A stretch of DNA of 64,000 nucleotides from a virus (IMGVR_UViG_2881966637_000004:16464-80463); one strand, 5' to 3'. Shown: positions 37,658-47,560, numbered from the stretch's first letter. Made by a program: numbers and translations. Notes: generated by a model from the sequence alone, not told the origin.

Positions 37658-39184
37658 ATGGCAAAGATTATCAAGCAACAGTTCGGGGCCGGCACACTGG
37701 ACCTGCCCTTCCTGGGACTGGCCCTCGCCCGGCAGCCGCAGATGCTGCAGGAGTTTATCGTCAGCCGGTTTGCTTCCAACAACCTGGCTCTGACGACGCT
37801 CTTCCAGGGTATCTATCCCGAGTCGCAGGGCGAAGAGGTGCTGGGTAGCAACCAGGTGAGCTGGGAGGTCTACAACCTACCCGAAAAGCCCATCTACATC
37901 GACGGCATCGTGGGTACACCGAAGGTTGGCAACGACATTGAGGTAGACCTGACCGAAGGCTGGCTCCGCGCCGGGGCCAAGCTGCGGCTCGAAGACGGCC
38001 GGACCCTGTTACACCTGCAGACCAACGGCTCTCCCCGCGCCAACGGTATCGTCCGCTACCGGGGTCGGATCGTGGGCAACAACACGGAACACGAAGCTCC
38101 GTCGTGGCTTTTCGAGCGCAACCGGGCGGCCAACTACCAGACGGCCAACTACGAGGAGGGCTCCCACATGGGCCACCCGATGTACTACGGGACGGGCGAC
38201 AAGTACAAGCAGGCGATGTCTACTCACCGCCACGACGCCGACCTGACGGGCGACGCCCTCTCGGAAGTAACGATCTTCGAGACGACCCGCGAGATACCAA
38301 ACTCGGGTGGACGCACGAAAACCTACCGGGGCTGGCTGCCCGAGTTCCTGCGGAGCCCAACAACCTCGCTGCTCGACTTCCACCAGCGGCACTGTGAACT
38401 GGATCACATTTACGGTCAGAGCAACATCAACTTTGAGACGGGCGAGATTTTCAACATCAACGAAACCAACGGCTCGAAGAAGGTGATGATGGGTGATGGG
38501 CTTATTGCTCAGCTCGACGGCGCGTACACCAAATGCTACGACCCGAAGGATTCGCTATCGTCTATCCGTAACAAGGTGAAGAATATCATCACCTATATGT
38601 CGGCCCACTGGAACAACCAGGACTTCCTGGAAATGGTCGTGATGGGTGGCATCGGGGCGGACGCCGTCTTCCAGGACGTGATGGCCGAGTTACAGGCCAG
38701 CTCGGGCGTTCAGGTGTGGCGCACGCCAGACTCAGAAGGCAAAGTCGTTGTCGGCCTTCGCTTTTCGGAGTGGATCATTGGCGGCATGGGCAAGATCAAG
38801 TTCGTGCGTAACAACAGCATGGGCGACATCACCGCCAAATCGCGCATGATCAACTACAACGGGGTTGCTCTCAACGCCGAGTCGTTCGATATGTACTTCA
38901 TGCCGATTGGGATGATGTCGAACGGCAAGACCAACATCCGCTTCTTCTCGAAGGGTAAGACGGTCAACGGCCAGCAGATCAACCGTTCGCTGGTGTTCAG
39001 CCACATCCAGGGCGTGACCGGCTACCTGTCCAACAATCTGTCGAAAGCCTCGGCGGATGGGCTGTCGGAGTATGCTAACCTGGTGGGCACCTCGCGGGAT
39101 GCCGAGCAGTTCCATCTGCTCAGCCAGAAGATGCTGATCGTTACCAACCCAACCGAGTTCGCCCGGTTGCTGGTGTACCGATAG
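37658..39184 (+). CDS. Major capsid protein, crAss-like
   Basis: 508 aa, strong codon bias; motifs such as ANYEEGS...P, STHRH...TGDA, MGDGLIAQL recalled from crAss-like MCPs; followed by a terminator. Confidence 0.75.
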   Translation: MAKIIKQQFGAGTLDLPFLGLALARQPQMLQEFIVSRFASNNLALTTLFQGIYPESQGEEVLGSNQVSWEVYNLPEKPIYIDGIVGTPKVGNDIEVDLTEGWLRAGAKLRLEDGRTLLHLQTNGSPRANGIVRYRGRIVGNNTEHEAPSWLFERNRAANYQTANYEEGSHMGHPMYYGTGDKYKQAMSTHRHDADLTGDALSEVTIFETTREIPNSGGRTKTYRGWLPEFLRSPTTSLLDFHQRHCELDHIYGQSNINFETGEIFNINETNGSKKVMMGDGLIAQLDGAYTKCYDPKDSLSSIRNKVKNIITYMSAHWNNQDFLEMVVMGGIGADAVFQDVMAELQASSGVQVWRTPDSEGKVVVGLRFSEWIIGGMGKIKFVRNNSMGDITAKSRMINYNGVALNAESFDMYFMPIGMMSNGKTNIRFFSKGKTVNGQQINRSLVFSHIQGVTGYLSNNLSKASADGLSEYANLVGTSRDAEQFHLLSQKMLIVTNPTEFARLLVYR

Positions 39185-39209
39185 TCAACTATAGTCAACG
39201 CAAGTTGAC
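39184..39209 (+). promoter_or_regulatory. Box GTCAAC TATA GTCAAC followed by an inverted unit (GCAA GTTGAC)
   Basis: Overlaps the MCP stop codon. Confidence 0.7.
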
Positions 39210-39218
39210 GACGCATAG

Positions 39219-39253
39219 CGGGGCCGATGCCGGCCAGTGTCGGCCCCGTATTT
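39219..39253 (+). terminator. Hairpin after the major capsid gene (probable intrinsic terminator)
   Basis: CGGGGCCGA (39219-27) pairs with TCGGCCCCG (39240-48), followed by TATTT. Confidence 0.55.
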
Positions 39254-39277
39254 AACCAACCCAAATCCAGTACGACA

Positions 39278-40267
39278 ATGCACGAAGTTCAGCTCAGACG
39301 AAAGAGTTTAAACCCCCAAATCAAACGGTTCGCCCCGTGCAGCCTGGGGGCGTTCATGGCTCCCGGCGAAGATGGCGTTGACCAGCGGTGGTACTACACC
39401 GACGGACGCCGGACAGCCACGGGCGAATTTGAGGAAGTAGACCTTGAAATCGGCGACGGTGGTGTCATCAAGATCGACATCGACCTGCCGCACCACGCCC
39501 ACAACTTAGAGACACTGCAGAAGGCGCAGTCGATGATACCCTCGAAGCTGCCCCCCGGTGTGCAGATTGAGATTATCGACAGCCGGCTGCTGGCCGAAGA
39601 TGGCATCAGCCATCACCTGCTCGTCGCTGAGCTATACGGCAAGGTCGAAGGATTGTCCACCGAGATGATGCAGAGCCTGGCCCGTGTGTTGGGATTTGGC
39701 CGGATGGAAGGACGGCTGGATACCGAGGTAAAATACTTCGTGCTGCGTAAGATCAAAGAAGACACCAAGCGGGTCCGCGATCTGCTGGACGCCGAAGATC
39801 AGGAGGTGCAGATCGAGGTCGCCAAAGGTCTTGAGGCCGGATTCATCATCCACCGCGACGGGCAGTACACCTACAACGACCAGTTTCTGGCGACGACGGA
39901 AGAAGCCATGCGGGCCAAACTCATGGGCGATGGTAGTCTGTTCACCGACCTCAAGCTGCGCAACGGCAGACACTTCGCCAGCACCACCCCCCTGCGCCGG
40001 CAGGCACCACCCGTCGATACGGTTACCACGAGTGTCGGGGATGCCTCGAAGCTGGGCGGTGGGTCAACGGGCGTCAACGTCAACGACCTATTCAAGCGGG
40101 GTAAAGATAAATCGCACATCTCCTACCAGCGTACCGCCGAGGGAGAGCGCAAGCAGGGCTACTACTTCGGACAGATGTTTCTGGGCAACTCGGAAAGCAC
40201 GGCCGTAGCGATGCTGTCGGAGAACGCACTGGTTGCTGAACTACTCGAAAAAGCCCTGGCAGCATGA
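39278..40267 (+). CDS. Hypothetical late protein
   Basis: ATG after an A/C-rich leader; about 330 aa; coupled to the next gene. Confidence 0.6.
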   Translation: MHEVQLRRKSLNPQIKRFAPCSLGAFMAPGEDGVDQRWYYTDGRRTATGEFEEVDLEIGDGGVIKIDIDLPHHAHNLETLQKAQSMIPSKLPPGVQIEIIDSRLLAEDGISHHLLVAELYGKVEGLSTEMMQSLARVLGFGRMEGRLDTEVKYFVLRKIKEDTKRVRDLLDAEDQEVQIEVAKGLEAGFIIHRDGQYTYNDQFLATTEEAMRAKLMGDGSLFTDLKLRNGRHFASTTPLRRQAPPVDTVTTSVGDASKLGGGSTGVNVNDLFKRGKDKSHISYQRTAEGERKQGYYFGQMFLGNSESTAVAMLSENALVAELLEKALAA

Positions 40268-40914
40268 CCTGGATGGAAGCCCATGATCGGATCACGTTCT
40301 TTCTCTCGCAGGAAGGACGCCCCTGGTACAACCAGGAAGAGATCGACATGGCCTTGCAGCAGGCGCAGCGCGACTGGCTCCGGCAGGAGCTGTCGGCAGC
40401 GGAGAGCAACGGCGAAAGCCGCGAATCATTGGGACTCATCACCCGGATTGTGACGGGTGAGGGCACGGTGATCGACATGAGCGCGGATAAGTTCAAGGGG
40501 CTCGTCCGGCTCCTGTCGATAGAGTGCCGCTGGAAAGACCCCCAGACGGGTTCGGCGGGTACGTTCGTGGCGGTACGGCCCGTCAGCCGCGACGCGCTGG
40601 CCCGCACGATGCGCAACCCCTTCGGGCGGGCGACCGACGCCCAGCCGCTCTACGTGATGGGGCAGCCCAATGTGCAGCCGGGCAGTGAGCCGGCCCTGCA
40701 GGTCACCCTGCTGAGCGAGTCACCGCCTTCGTCCTGGCGCGTTTCGTTCGTGGTCGAACCCGCCCAGCCGGACGGAGCAAATAAGCCGGACGATCTGTGG
40801 ACGGGCGTGGGGCCACTGCAGCAGCAGCAGATCATCCAGCGGGCCGTGCAGTGGCTCATGCACCAACAGGACAACACACCCGCCTGGCAGCGTCAGGCGC
40901 AAACCCAGACTTAA
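40264..40914 (+). CDS. Head-tail ring/adaptor protein, crAss-like
   Basis: N-terminal ...WYNQEEIDMALQQAQRDW pattern typical of crAss ring/tail tubular proteins. Confidence 0.6.
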   Translation: MTWMEAHDRITFFLSQEGRPWYNQEEIDMALQQAQRDWLRQELSAAESNGESRESLGLITRIVTGEGTVIDMSADKFKGLVRLLSIECRWKDPQTGSAGTFVAVRPVSRDALARTMRNPFGRATDAQPLYVMGQPNVQPGSEPALQVTLLSESPPSSWRVSFVVEPAQPDGANKPDDLWTGVGPLQQQQIIQRAVQWLMHQQDNTPAWQRQAQTQT

Positions 40915-40942
40915 ATAAACCACACCAGTTTTTCTTACCGCT

Positions 40943-41884
40943 ATGGCCAATATCACAGAGTTCGCCCACGGGCCGCAGATACCCGGATCGCTCGTCTACG
41001 ACGGCACAGACCTGCTCATACCAGCCCTTGACCCGGCGGTAAAACCTGACCGAGCCATCATCCTGGGCACGGGAGCAGCCAGCTCCATCGCCCTGACGCG
41101 GGGTGTGGTCGTGGCTACCGACGAGCTGGGCAACAAGCTGCGCTTTAAGTACAAAGACATCGAAGAGGATAGCGTCGTGGTGACCACCTCGGCTACCTCC
41201 GTCGCCCGCGTGGTAGACATCCAGGCCGTGGCAATGGCAACGGGTGGGCTGATCTCGCTCTCGCTCTTCCGCCACGAAGGCCGCCAGGAGTACCCCTACC
41301 GGGAAGACTACAGCGTCGATCTGGGCACGACCAACACCACCGCTGCCAACGTAGCGGCCAAGATCATCGCCGAGATCAACCGCGACCCCAAACGGATCGT
41401 CACCGCATCGGAAGGGGCCAGCTCAACGAAGGTGCGGCTCACCTCGCTCAAGCCGGGGCTTGGCTTCACGGTCACCAAAGGCGACGGCTTCACCGACGAG
41501 ACGGTCATCACCGAGCAACGCGCCGAGTTCGCTACCGGCCCGACCCTGAAAGACATCATGCCGGCCGGCTCGTACACCACGGCGCAGGTTGCTACGGGTA
41601 AGACCTACAAGGTCATCTCGCTGGTGGCTTACGAACACATTGACCTGGCCAATGCGGGCTTCATCGGCGGACGGGATGGTCTGCAGGGAGCCAAAGCGTT
41701 GCAGCCGTCGTCGATCTGGCTGCTGTTCGATCTGGCGACGACCGAGTCGGGCACGGGATCAGGTACGGGTACGGGAGCCATCCCGCCCAGCGACTTCGAC
41801 AAGGCGATCAGCATCCTTACCGGAGCCGAGCCGCAGGCTGCCTACCTGTCGCGTCTGGCTTCATCCACACCGATTAACGCATAA
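40943..41884 (+). CDS. Virion structural protein (possible auxiliary capsid protein)
   Basis: 313 aa, Thr/Ala-rich beta protein followed by strong hairpins and a terminator. Confidence 0.45.
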   Translation: MANITEFAHGPQIPGSLVYDGTDLLIPALDPAVKPDRAIILGTGAASSIALTRGVVVATDELGNKLRFKYKDIEEDSVVVTTSATSVARVVDIQAVAMATGGLISLSLFRHEGRQEYPYREDYSVDLGTTNTTAANVAAKIIAEINRDPKRIVTASEGASSTKVRLTSLKPGLGFTVTKGDGFTDETVITEQRAEFATGPTLKDIMPAGSYTTAQVATGKTYKVISLVAYEHIDLANAGFIGGRDGLQGAKALQPSSIWLLFDLATTESGTGSGTGTGAIPPSDFDKAISILTGAEPQAAYLSRLASSTPINA

Positions 41885-41888
41885 GAGT

Positions 41889-41977
41889 ACCCTGGGCGTG
41901 GGTATCCCTGCGCCCAGGGTTGGTTGGCCGATGCCGGACGGTAGCAGCGACGCTGCCTGCCGCCGGCATCTTTTTTT
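41889..41977 (+). terminator. Two consecutive hairpins, the second an intrinsic terminator
   Basis: ACCCTGGGCG/CGCCCAGGGT (41889-41920), then GATGCCGG...CCGGCATC (41930-41970) followed by T7. Confidence 0.7.
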
Positions 41978-41991
41978 CTCCCCCCTTCGCC

Positions 41992-44412
41992 ATGCAGCCA
42001 AACCCATCGGTTATCACCCCCTACCAGAACCCCTACCAGACCGTCGCGTCGGACAAAGCCAATGACTTCGGTGACTACCCCCTGCTGGTGGTGCCCGAAG
42101 GAAAGCCCGGCTCGGCCGAGTACGAGCGAAAGCTGGACGCCCTCTTCAAGCGGCTCCACGACTGGCTCTCCTCGCGCTGGCTGTATCGCAACGACACCAA
42201 CGGCACCGGCCCCTTTGCGCGGAACCCCCTCAAAAACTACAAGCGCGTCAACGGTACGCCCGACGAGGCCGACCACGCCGACATCCTGGCTCCCTTCGGA
42301 CAGGCGGGCCTCTCGCAGCTACAGGCCGCCGACTTCTATTCGACCAACCTGGGGGTGCTGGCCGGTATCCTGGCCGAGTCGCCACTGCGCTACAGCGTGG
42401 ACATCCTCAACCCCGAAGTCTCCGAGCGGGCACTGGATAAAGTAGCCCAGATGGGAGCCGAAGGCTTTCTGCGGGCCGCTGCCCAGCAGGCCAGCCAGGC
42501 GACCGGCACCGACCTGCAGCCGGGCCTGACCGACCCGTCGATCTTCGTGCCCGATAACGAAGACGAAGTCATGGCCCCCCTGACGGAGAAGGAAGAGATC
42601 GCGTCGGTGACCTACGACATGCTCAAGGCCGCCAGCGAGGAGACGCGGCTCGAACGCATCCTGGCCAACTGCTTCGATGATCTCGGCGTGGTCAACGCCG
42701 AGATGATGGAGATACGCATTGAGAACGGCAAGCTCCGGGTGGACCGGCTGACGGGCAACGAAGTCGCCTGGCTGGGACCGGCCGAGATTGAGAAGGCGGA
42801 CCAGGCCGACGGCTGGGGTATCTTCCGGATGCTGCCGGCGACCCAGTGCGTGGCCCAGTACGGCGGCTACATGGAAGAGGTAGACACGCTCAAGGCGTTT
42901 AAGAGCTGGCTGGAAAACGGCATGAAGGATCAGCCGGCTGCGGTAGCCGGGCCCAAAGCCCAGACGAGCTGGTCGCTGCGAAACGCCCTGCCCTACGTGA
43001 GCAATGGCGACACGCCGGCCCTGCTCGAAAGCCGTATCTACGTTAAGCTGGTGCGCTTTCTCAAGTTCGCCCTGACCCTGGACGGGTTGGAGCTCAGCGA
43101 CGAGCAGGTCAAAAAGTTCAGAAAGCGGCAGCTTGACGAGGCCGAGCGGGTACTCTATACCCGGCTGACCGACGAAGAGGCCGAGGTGCAGAAGGCGCAG
43201 GGGCGGGCGATCCACACCATTCCCATCGTCGAACTGTGGGAGTCGGTGCGGCTGGGCGGTGAGCACCTGATCTACCGACGCCCCGCGCCGGGGCAGATCA
43301 GACGGCAGGGGGAGCGGGCCAATGTGAAGTATCCCATCATCGCCCACTTCCAGCCGGGCCAGAGTCTGGTCACCAAAGGTGTTCCGCTCTACGAGCTGCA
43401 CACCAACATTATGACCAAGCTCCGCAAGCTCGTCGCCCTGTCGGGCATGAAGACACTGGTGATCGACGCCAGCGAGGTGCCGGAAGGGTCAAGCGTGGAC
43501 CAGATGCTCATCGAAGCCAACGAGATCGGGGTGCTGGTGATCAACAGCCAGCGCACGTCAGGGGCTCCCACGAAGGAAAGCTACAAGCACATGACCACCG
43601 TTGATCTGAGTCTGAACGACAACGTGGTTCACCTGCTCAACCTGGCCGCCACGCTGCGGGATATGTACGACAACATGACTGGGGTGACGCCGGCCATGAA
43701 AGGACTCTTCGCCAACCGCGAGGCACTGGGCCAGACGCAGATGGCCAAGCTGCAGGGTACGCTGATTTCGCAGCGGCACTTTGCGGCTCATTCCGAGTTT
43801 GTGCGGGAAGGCCTTGAGGTGATGGTCAACCTAGGCAAGTATGTCTGGGCGGGGCAGGGTCGCAAGCGCATCCTGCTGGGCGAGGGGGGTGTGAAGACCT
43901 TGCGGCTGGCCGAGGAGATAAACAGCTACGACTACGGCATCTACCTGTCGGATTCGATGAAGGCCGCCAGGGATAAGGAGTTTTTGATGAACGTCGCCCA
44001 GCAGGGCATGTCGAGCGGTCAGGTCGGCCTGAGAGAGATCATCTCCATGTACTACGCGGATAACCCCTACAAGGTACTCAGCATCGTCAGAGACGGGCTA
44101 TCGGCTTACGAGCGGATGGAAGGGCAGATCAAGCAGATGCAGGCGGAGAACCAGCAGGCGATGGCCGAAGCGGCAAAGGCCAGGGCGCAGGCTCCGATAG
44201 AGGTGGCCAACATCACCGGGCAGTGGAAGCTGGAAGTGGAAAAGCTCAAACAGGAGTTCGAGGCAATGCGTCAGGAAGGCAAGCTGCAGCACGACGCCGA
44301 CAAGTTCGACGTGGGCAACCAGGTAGCCGTCAAGCGCGACGCCATGCGCCTGACGGCCCAGGAAGAGATGGCTAATCCGCAGCCGGAGGTGGTGCCAGTG
44401 GACGCCCGCTAA
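41992..44412 (+). CDS. Portal protein, crAss-like
   Basis: About 806 aa; ELWESVRLG, YDNMTGVTPAMKG and a C-terminal Q/E-rich barrel coiled coil typical of P22/crAss-type portals. Confidence 0.75.
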   Translation: MQPNPSVITPYQNPYQTVASDKANDFGDYPLLVVPEGKPGSAEYERKLDALFKRLHDWLSSRWLYRNDTNGTGPFARNPLKNYKRVNGTPDEADHADILAPFGQAGLSQLQAADFYSTNLGVLAGILAESPLRYSVDILNPEVSERALDKVAQMGAEGFLRAAAQQASQATGTDLQPGLTDPSIFVPDNEDEVMAPLTEKEEIASVTYDMLKAASEETRLERILANCFDDLGVVNAEMMEIRIENGKLRVDRLTGNEVAWLGPAEIEKADQADGWGIFRMLPATQCVAQYGGYMEEVDTLKAFKSWLENGMKDQPAAVAGPKAQTSWSLRNALPYVSNGDTPALLESRIYVKLVRFLKFALTLDGLELSDEQVKKFRKRQLDEAERVLYTRLTDEEAEVQKAQGRAIHTIPIVELWESVRLGGEHLIYRRPAPGQIRRQGERANVKYPIIAHFQPGQSLVTKGVPLYELHTNIMTKLRKLVALSGMKTLVIDASEVPEGSSVDQMLIEANEIGVLVINSQRTSGAPTKESYKHMTTVDLSLNDNVVHLLNLAATLRDMYDNMTGVTPAMKGLFANREALGQTQMAKLQGTLISQRHFAAHSEFVREGLEVMVNLGKYVWAGQGRKRILLGEGGVKTLRLAEEINSYDYGIYLSDSMKAARDKEFLMNVAQQGMSSGQVGLREIISMYYADNPYKVLSIVRDGLSAYERMEGQIKQMQAENQQAMAEAAKARAQAPIEVANITGQWKLEVEKLKQEFEAMRQEGKLQHDADKFDVGNQVAVKRDAMRLTAQEEMANPQPEVVPVDAR

Positions 44413-44629
44413 ATTCGTAGGTAGGCGAAGGAAATTTATATCGTTCAGCCAATGCCTTTTTCGCGCAATTAGGGAGCGGGTTTTCGTTTTCGTCTTCTAC
44501 GTATGCATCGTGAAGATGCAATTCATCCCCCGCCAGCGTGGTTACTATAGTGTGCGAACCGTCTGTTATTTCCTTACCGCAGTAGTCGCAATAGGTTACC
44601 CGGTACGGCACTAGTTCTGTTCGTCTCAT
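44372..44629 (-). CDS. Small Cys/His-containing hypothetical protein
   Basis: MRRTELVPYRVTYCDYCG...; 3' end overlaps the portal 3' end convergently. Confidence 0.5.
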   Translation of the reverse strand: MRRTELVPYRVTYCDYCGKEITDGSHTIVTTLAGDELHLHDAYVEDENENPLPNCAKKALAERYKFPSPTYEFSGRPLAPPPAAD

Positions 44630-44630
44630 A

Positions 44631-44951
44631 TCATCCGTTTCTCGCCCGGTCGGCGTTGGTTTGTTCGTCTTTAGAAGGAACGCCGGGGAACGATGAAGTC
44701 TCAAGGTCAATGAACGGGGTGCCCGCATAGATGGCCGGCTTCTCCGGAAGTGGCCCACTAATCTCTTCATCCCACCCTTCGGCTTCCTGATAGCCTTCTT
44801 CGTCCAGATACCAGTCTGCCTTTGTTACTGACACAACGGTATTTCCGCCCGACTCTCCCTTCTCCCAGTGGATGGGGCTGTCAAGTATGTTGTCGTCGGT
44901 GATGGTATTCAGCAGGTCGCGCACTTCGCGCCAGTTGGTTAGTTTAGTCAT
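44631..44951 (-). CDS. Hypothetical protein
   Basis: 106 aa, A/C-rich leader, in operon. Confidence 0.55.
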   Translation of the reverse strand: MTKLTNWREVRDLLNTITDDNILDSPIHWEKGESGGNTVVSVTKADWYLDEEGYQEAEGWDEEISGPLPEKPAIYAGTPFIDLETSSFPGVPSKDEQTNADRARNG

Positions 44952-45360
44952 TGGTTGGTTGGTTTACTGTGATTGTTTCAAAATAAAAGACGATAGGCTT
45001 TGGTGTTTCTTCGACAAGGCCGTACCGCTTTGCCATCCTGTAGTTTGAGCTATAGCTGTTAACCCGCTTGATCTGATCTTGGATTTCAGATCGAAAGAAC
45101 TCAATAGGGTTGGTACTCTTCCAGTTGTTGCAGACCCTACAGGCGGGCATCAGGTTGTCAATGTGGTTAACATCGTCCGTAGTCAGGTGTAGTAAGTAGT
45201 CTGGCACCTGCCACTTGTTGACGATATGGGTCAGGAAGTTTCGCTGGGAGATAATGTGATCCACCTGAAACCCGTTTTCCTTAATGGACTCTCCGCAGTA
45301 CCCACACCGTCCGCCACACTTTTGATACACCTTCTGTCGCAGGGCTTTACCGATTGCCAT
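44944..45360 (-). CDS. HNH endonuclease
   Basis: CGYCG...FQVDHII...NLMPACRVCNNWK. Confidence 0.9.
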   Translation of the reverse strand: MAIGKALRQKVYQKCGGRCGYCGESIKENGFQVDHIISQRNFLTHIVNKWQVPDYLLHLTTDDVNHIDNLMPACRVCNNWKSTNPIEFFRSEIQDQIKRVNSYSSNYRMAKRYGLVEETPKPIVFYFETITVNQPTND

Positions 45361-45610
45361 AGTCTTTGTAGTGGTTCTTGTTTCTAGCCCGGTGCCGGTG
45401 TCTGATGCGCAGTCTGGCATAGCGAACCAGTGTGTGATACAGGCCGGCGTATGAGATGATACGGGTGACTGGCCCGTCAAGTGACCACAGCAGAAGCCGG
45501 GCTATGGCCGACAGGCCCGCGTAGAGTATAGCCAGACAGACAACCCCGGCTATGGTGCATAGAACGATGAAGAGCATGAAGCCTTCGAGTCCGTTAAATT
45601 CAAGGTGCAT
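45347..45610 (-). CDS. Small membrane protein
   Basis: Hydrophobic N-half, basic C-terminus. Confidence 0.5.
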   Translation of the reverse strand: MHLEFNGLEGFMLFIVLCTIAGVVCLAILYAGLSAIARLLLWSLDGPVTRIISYAGLYHTLVRYARLRIRHRHRARNKNHYKDYGNR

Positions 45611-45623
45611 GGGATGGGTGGTT

Positions 45624-45661
45624 AAAACGACGGGCCGGCAAAAAAGATGACCGGCCCGTCG
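45624..45661 (-). terminator. Intrinsic terminator after the lipoprotein gene
   Basis: CGACGGGCCGG (45628-38) pairs with CCGGCCCGTCG (45651-61); T4 follows on the minus strand. Confidence 0.65.
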
Positions 45662-45664
45662 CAG

Positions 45665-45680
45665 GTTGATTACAGTTGAC
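45665..45680 (-). promoter_or_regulatory. Box GTCAAC TGTA ATCAAC
   Basis: Between the lipoprotein stop and its terminator. Confidence 0.6.
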
Positions 45681-45682
45681 GA

Positions 45683-46378
45683 TTAATACCAACCGCCCGG
45701 CGGTGTGCCTGGTTCAAAGTAGGCAACCATGATGCTGTTCGTTGGCCCGTTTTCGTGTACCCAGTACATTGTCGGCTGATTGTTGGGGCCATAAAAAATA
45801 TAGACCGTAATACCGTACAACCCACAGGCCGGATCATGGTTGTTGTTGGTCCGGTAGGTGAGGTTCGGAGAGCCGGGGATGGTGTTATAGATATGGCTGA
45901 TGGGGCTTTGCTGACTGGGCAGTACCATGCGCCGAAGTCCGGAGTCGCCACACACCGGGTCAATATAGCTCCCCGGCTCAGAGCACAACGTCATGTGCGA
46001 AATGTAGTACCGGCCGTCTACGGGCGGCTGGATGCTCAAATAGACAAAGTCGAACATGCAGCTTAACGGAAACATCGACTTATACTGGGCCTTGTTTTTG
46101 GCGTATCCGGGGGTGTAGATATATTCCTCGGTAGCATACCAATCAACAAACCGCCAGCTGCCAACGATTTCGGCAGGGAGTTCCTGGGCGGGACGGGCCG
46201 ACTTGTTGGTAGTTGTCTTGGCACTAAGGTCAACCTTCACGGCGCGACCATCGGCGACGGCCTGCAACAGTTCCGACTTAGTTTTAGGTCGCTTGTAATC
46301 GGGCTTAGACTTGGGTTCGTTGGCTTTTTCGCAGGAGAAAGCAAACAGGAGAGCGAGAATAAGAATGAGTTGTTTCAC
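45683..46378 (-). CDS. Lipoprotein (moron-like)
   Basis: GTG start; MKQLILILALLFAFSC signal peptide with lipobox Cys, then a Lys-rich stretch. Confidence 0.7.
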   Translation of the reverse strand: MKQLILILALLFAFSCEKANEPKSKPDYKRPKTKSELLQAVADGRAVKVDLSAKTTTNKSARPAQELPAEIVGSWRFVDWYATEEYIYTPGYAKNKAQYKSMFPLSCMFDFVYLSIQPPVDGRYYISHMTLCSEPGSYIDPVCGDSGLRRMVLPSQQSPISHIYNTIPGSPNLTYRTNNNHDPACGLYGITVYIFYGPNNQPTMYWVHENGPTNSIMVAYFEPGTPPGGWY

Positions 46379-46419
46379 GATTTGGTTGTTTGATTGTTTG
46401 GTTTGATTTGAAATAGACA

Positions 46420-46435
46420 CTTGACAAAAGTTGAT
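46420..46435 (-). promoter_or_regulatory. Degenerate box ATCAAC TTTT GTCAAG
   Basis: In the divergent intergenic region upstream of the lipoprotein. Confidence 0.5.
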
Positions 46436-46523
46436 ACGTGCGGATGGGGTGGTCCTCGCTGGTATGGCATGTTGGCGATTGATTAAACTGGTTACTTTCT
46501 TTGCGGCCGAAACCCTTCCGGCC

Positions 46524-46718
46524 ATGAATCTGTCCCTGCCCTACCGCATCATCCTGTCGGCGGCCACGCTGCTGATCCTCTTCCCGATCACCCATGCTAT
46601 CGCCTACAACCTGAGCCCGACCACGGCATACAATTTCCTCTACACCTGGCATGTGTGGGTGACAGGCACGGCATTGGCAACGGGGCTGCTGCTGCTAATC
46701 TGGCGGGGGTATCGTTAA
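46524..46718 (+). CDS. Small two-TM membrane protein on the opposite strand
   Basis: MNLSLPYRIILSAATLLILF...ALATGLLLLIWRGYR; start uncertain. Confidence 0.5.
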   Translation: MNLSLPYRIILSAATLLILFPITHAIAYNLSPTTAYNFLYTWHVWVTGTALATGLLLLIWRGYR

Positions 46719-46903
46719 GCGGGTCGGCCGGTTGACGGATGAATGTAGGTCGAAGCGTTAACCTGCCGGTCGGCTACGTGGCTGTCGATGGCGTGTTGAA
46801 TACAGCGGATGATGTAGTCTCTGGGCTGACCGCCGAACGTCTCGGGGGATTTGAAGCCGGTCATCTGCCGGTAGGCATGGACGGCGCGTTGCTTGCTGGT
46901 CAT
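46715..46903 (-). CDS. Hypothetical protein
   Basis: 62 aa, ATGA-coupled. Confidence 0.5.
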   Translation of the reverse strand: MTSKQRAVHAYRQMTGFKSPETFGGQPRDYIIRCIQHAIDSHVADRQVNASTYIHPSTGRPA

Positions 46904-47352
46904 TTCTTTTTGCGTGTCTTTTTAGTGGGCTGCATGGGTTGCATGGTTTTGCTGTCGATCAGGACGATAGTGACACCGTACTGCGCTTTGGCGTGACGGG
47001 CTTTCCACTGGAACAGAAGGTTCTTGGCACCCACTGGCGTCTTGACATCGTGCCATTCCTGATGTCCATCGTGAAAGTACACCAGGTAGTCTAGCTCGTA
47101 GTAGCCTACGAGCCCCCCACCTTCGGCGATCAAGGGCATAACGACGTGCGTATCATAGCTGGCGATCTCACCGGCCAGAACCTGCATGTCCAGTTTACCC
47201 TTGTAGCGGTGCTCGGATATACTGTCGTAGGTGTGCCCCTCGCGTTTGATGTGCGTATTGCCGTACTTGGTTTTCTTACCTGCGCCAGTGGTTTGCTGGC
47301 GCAGGTAATCCTGATACTGCTGGGGTGTGTAGGTTTCTCTATCCTCGCTCAT
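46900..47352 (-). CDS. DUF1064-like PD-(D/E)XK nuclease (resolvase-like)
   Basis: KKTKYGN...YDSISEHRY...YELDYLVY...HDVKTP. Confidence 0.75.
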   Translation of the reverse strand: MSEDRETYTPQQYQDYLRQQTTGAGKKTKYGNTHIKREGHTYDSISEHRYKGKLDMQVLAGEIASYDTHVVMPLIAEGGGLVGYYELDYLVYFHDGHQEWHDVKTPVGAKNLLFQWKARHAKAQYGVTIVLIDSKTMQPMQPTKKTRKKK

Positions 47353-47560
47353 GGTTACGTGGCCTGATGATCAGGGTGACGAAGTCGGAGAGTACCAGCG
47401 CGGGCCAGAACAGGGCCGACGCAGTCTGACGAGGCAACTTACAGTCGTCGTAAGCCATCCAGAACAGGGCGGCCATCAGGGCGTAGGCGACACCCAGCAG
47501 GAAGAAGAGTACGAACAGCCCCGCCGATGAGGAGCAGAAGAGATAAACAAACCCGGTCAT
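47339..47560 (-). CDS. Small membrane protein
   Basis: Hydrophobic, ALFWPALV motif, in operon. Confidence 0.5.
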   Translation of the reverse strand: MTGFVYLFCSSSAGLFVLFFLLGVAYALMAALFWMAYDDCKLPRQTASALFWPALVLSDFVTLIIRPRNHERG

